Of a stretch of DNA of 24,260 nt, positions 22,480-24,260 are shown piece by piece. The DNA comes from Clostridiaceae bacterium (lineage in GTDB: Bacteria; Bacillota; Clostridia; Acetivibrionales; DTU013), in assembly GCA_012799845.1 (NCBI GenBank), contig JAAZKL010000164.1, positions 1-24,260 on the forward strand, written 5' to 3'. The translations under genes and the position numbers were made by a program. The notes beneath the pieces are model-generated. The model saw only the letters and a program-made list of their open reading frames with translations. It was not told where the DNA came from and did no database searches. Positions within the stretch are counted from its first letter, which is position 1. Every line of letters starts with the position of its first letter.

Positions 22480-23406
22480 GTGATAATCAGTGCATCCAGA
22501 AGGACAGATATCCCGGCGTTCTATTCCGGGTGGCTTGTCAACCGGCTGCGTGCAGGTTATGTTCTGACGCGTAATCCGATGAACTATTCCCGGGTCAGCA
22601 GGATAATACTGTCGCCCGAAGTCGTCGATTGTATCGTGTTCTGGACGAAAGATCCGCTGAATATGCTCGATAAGCTCGACATCATCGATGATATGGGCTA
22701 CAGGTATTACTTCCAGTTCACGCTGACTCCATATGACAGATCCGTGGAAACAGGACTGCGCGACAAGGAAGAGATAACCAGGACGTTCTGTGAACTGAGC
22801 GGCAGGATAGGGAAAGAGAGGGTCATATGGAGGTATGACCCCATCATCCTGAATGATGTGTATAGCCCCGAATATCACAGGGAACAATTTTCGAGGCTTT
22901 GCAGCAGGCTCGGCAGGTACGCAGAGCAATGTGTTATAAGCTTTGTTGATAAGTACCCAAAACTCAGGACGGATGCAATAAGGGAAATCAGCATGGATGA
23001 AATGGCTGAGATCGGCAGGATGATATCATCCGTTGCTGGAGATTTCGGCGTCACTGTAAAAGCCTGCTGTGAAGGATCGTTCCTGCAGGCGTACGGCATA
23101 GGGCAGGCACATTGCATCGATAAAACACTGATAGAGAAAATCTGCGGATACAGCTTCAGTATAAAAAAAGACAGGAATCAGCGTGATTCCTGTGGATGTT
23201 ATGAAAGTGTTGACATTGGCGCGTACAATACGTGCAGGAATGGCTGCATATATTGCTACGCCAACTTCAGCGATGTGTCCGCCGAAGGGAATGTCAGGAG
23301 GCACGATCCGCGTGGTGAACTTCTGATCGGCCATATCGGGGATAGCGATATAATAACATTAAGAGAATCGAAATCATGCATAAGTGGGCAACTGCTGCTT
23401 TATTAA
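22480..23406 (+). CDS. DUF1848 family protein (radical-SAM / spore-photoproduct-lyase-like)
   Basis: MIISASRRTDIPAFY, VFWTKDP, WRYDPII, DIGAYNTC and C-terminal CRNGCIYCYA (CxxxCxYC). Confidence 0.88.
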   Translation: MIISASRRTDIPAFYSGWLVNRLRAGYVLTRNPMNYSRVSRIILSPEVVDCIVFWTKDPLNMLDKLDIIDDMGYRYYFQFTLTPYDRSVETGLRDKEEITRTFCELSGRIGKERVIWRYDPIILNDVYSPEYHREQFSRLCSRLGRYAEQCVISFVDKYPKLRTDAIREISMDEMAEIGRMISSVAGDFGVTVKACCEGSFLQAYGIGQAHCIDKTLIEKICGYSFSIKKDRNQRDSCGCYESVDIGAYNTCRNGCIYCYANFSDVSAEGNVRRHDPRGELLIGHIGDSDIITLRESKSCISGQLLLY

Positions 23407-23448
23407 GGCGCTTCCATCCTCTGAATCGTGTTTCAATACCTGTACTGC

Positions 23449-24090
23449 TTATTGTTCATTATCCCATGTCCCTTTTGAGTGGGTTTCATCGACCAGGTCG
23501 CAAATGCCGGCCAACAGCATGATTATGCCCTGGACCTTATGCGACTGGACCACATAGACGCCTTTGCTGTTCGTATCTTCGATGATCAGGTCCGCGGCAA
23601 GCAGCGGCTTCATGTGGTGATATGCCTGACCCGTGGAATTAAGGCTGCATTCGCTCACTAATTCCGCTACAGACATGGGCCTCTTCAAAAGGGCAAGCAG
23701 GATATTCAGCCTGTCGCTGTTTCCTATACAGTTCAGAACTTTTTCCGCAGTGCGGTCCTCGATGAGCGCCAGCAGGTCATCTGTACAGACCTCGTTCCTG
23801 ATCCAGTTCGATTGCCTGCCGCCTGAGGAGTAGACGCCAAGATAGGTTATCAGCCCGGTGACGTCCTTTTTGTCCGCCAGCGCGCACAATTCTTCCATTT
23901 TTTCGCTCAGGCGTTTGTCCGGATGCATGTTCCTCATCTGGTAGACTCTTTTCAGGAGTTTTGAATCAGCCTGGTTCGCCTGGCCCTGCATGAACGATTT
24001 GATCGATTCCGTGAGTTCCTGCAGTTCATTCTTCAGTGAACTGATTTCCGCATTCAGCAAGTCGATTTCTTCGCCATGATTTCTTTCCAT
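23449..24090 (-). CDS. ArsR-like winged-helix transcriptional regulator with N-terminal coiled coil
   Basis: RLNILLALLKRPMSVAELV...STGQAYHHMKPLLAADLI wHTH and N-terminal heptads (LNAEISSLKNELQELTESI). RBS AGGAGG. Confidence 0.8.
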   Translation of the reverse strand: MERNHGEEIDLLNAEISSLKNELQELTESIKSFMQGQANQADSKLLKRVYQMRNMHPDKRLSEKMEELCALADKKDVTGLITYLGVYSSGGRQSNWIRNEVCTDDLLALIEDRTAEKVLNCIGNSDRLNILLALLKRPMSVAELVSECSLNSTGQAYHHMKPLLAADLIIEDTNSKGVYVVQSHKVQGIIMLLAGICDLVDETHSKGTWDNEQ

Positions 24091-24107
24091 GATATTACCT
24101 CCTAAAA

Positions 24108-24173
24108 TACGATAATTCGTAATTACATAATAGCATAAATCATTTTGTAATGCAATACGTAATTACGTAAAAT
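24108..24173. promoter_or_regulatory. Overlapping divergent promoters with repeated TACG-N6-CGTA palindromes
   Basis: Minus strand: TTGCAT (24155-24150), 17 nt, TG-c-TATTAT (24132-24127). Plus strand: TTGTAA (24145-24150), 17 nt, TAAAAT (24168-24173). Perfect palindrome TACGTAATTACGTA (24156-24169), with variants at 24108-24121 and 24116-24129. Confidence 0.7.
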
Positions 24174-24260
24174 TTTAGAAAGTAATCATGCCAGGAGAAT
24201 CTTTTCAAATCAAGCTTTCTATGTTCCTTCTGTTCTGTATTATATATTTCAGCATCCTGC

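Noticed and set aside
1-24260. CRISPR array, tRNA/rRNA, integrase or transposase, and att-type direct repeats flanking the T7SS block
   Set aside because: No regularly spaced repeat-spacer units, RNA-gene signatures or recombinase motifs were seen, and no matching boundary repeats were noticed by eye.

Overview
The window looks like a Bacillota (Clostridia-like) chromosomal segment, inferred from strong GGAGG ribosome-binding sites, sigma-A-type promoters and the gene families present. It has five blocks. (1) 1-2816: a disrupted c-di-GMP signalling locus. A PAS-domain gene is fused out of frame to the tail of a receiver domain, followed by PAS-PAS-degenerate GGDEF-EAL with one in-frame ochre stop and one 1-nt frameshift. 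(2) 2865-7057: an oligosaccharide-type ABC importer (lipoprotein binding protein plus two permeases, no ATPase), with a promoter, an intergenic stem-loop and a terminator. (3) 7156-17958: a self-contained type VII secretion locus, bounded on both sides by unrelated genes. It encodes an FHA/2-TM/3-ATPase EssC, a LytTR regulator with a non-phosphorylatable receiver, an EspG-like small protein, EsaB/YukD, six WXG100-like proteins that appear to form two duplicated triads, a 427-aa candidate effector with a Gly/Ala-rich repeated beta-type C-terminal domain, a 2-TM DUF3592-like candidate immunity protein and a DUF4176 protein. No essA, essB or esaA lies between the flanks. This is the most interesting part of the window. 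(4) 18235-20436 (minus): a P1B heavy-metal ATPase (CPG/HEGS) and a CopZ-like HMA protein. (5) 20717-24173: a WYL (YafY-type) regulator, a zinc-ribbon protein with a candidate WYL operator, a GNAT, a DUF1848 radical-SAM-like protein, and a convergent ArsR-like wHTH gene with palindromic operators over divergent promoters. No rRNA, tRNA, CRISPR array or transposase was recognised. All family assignments come from motif reading by eye, not from database searches.
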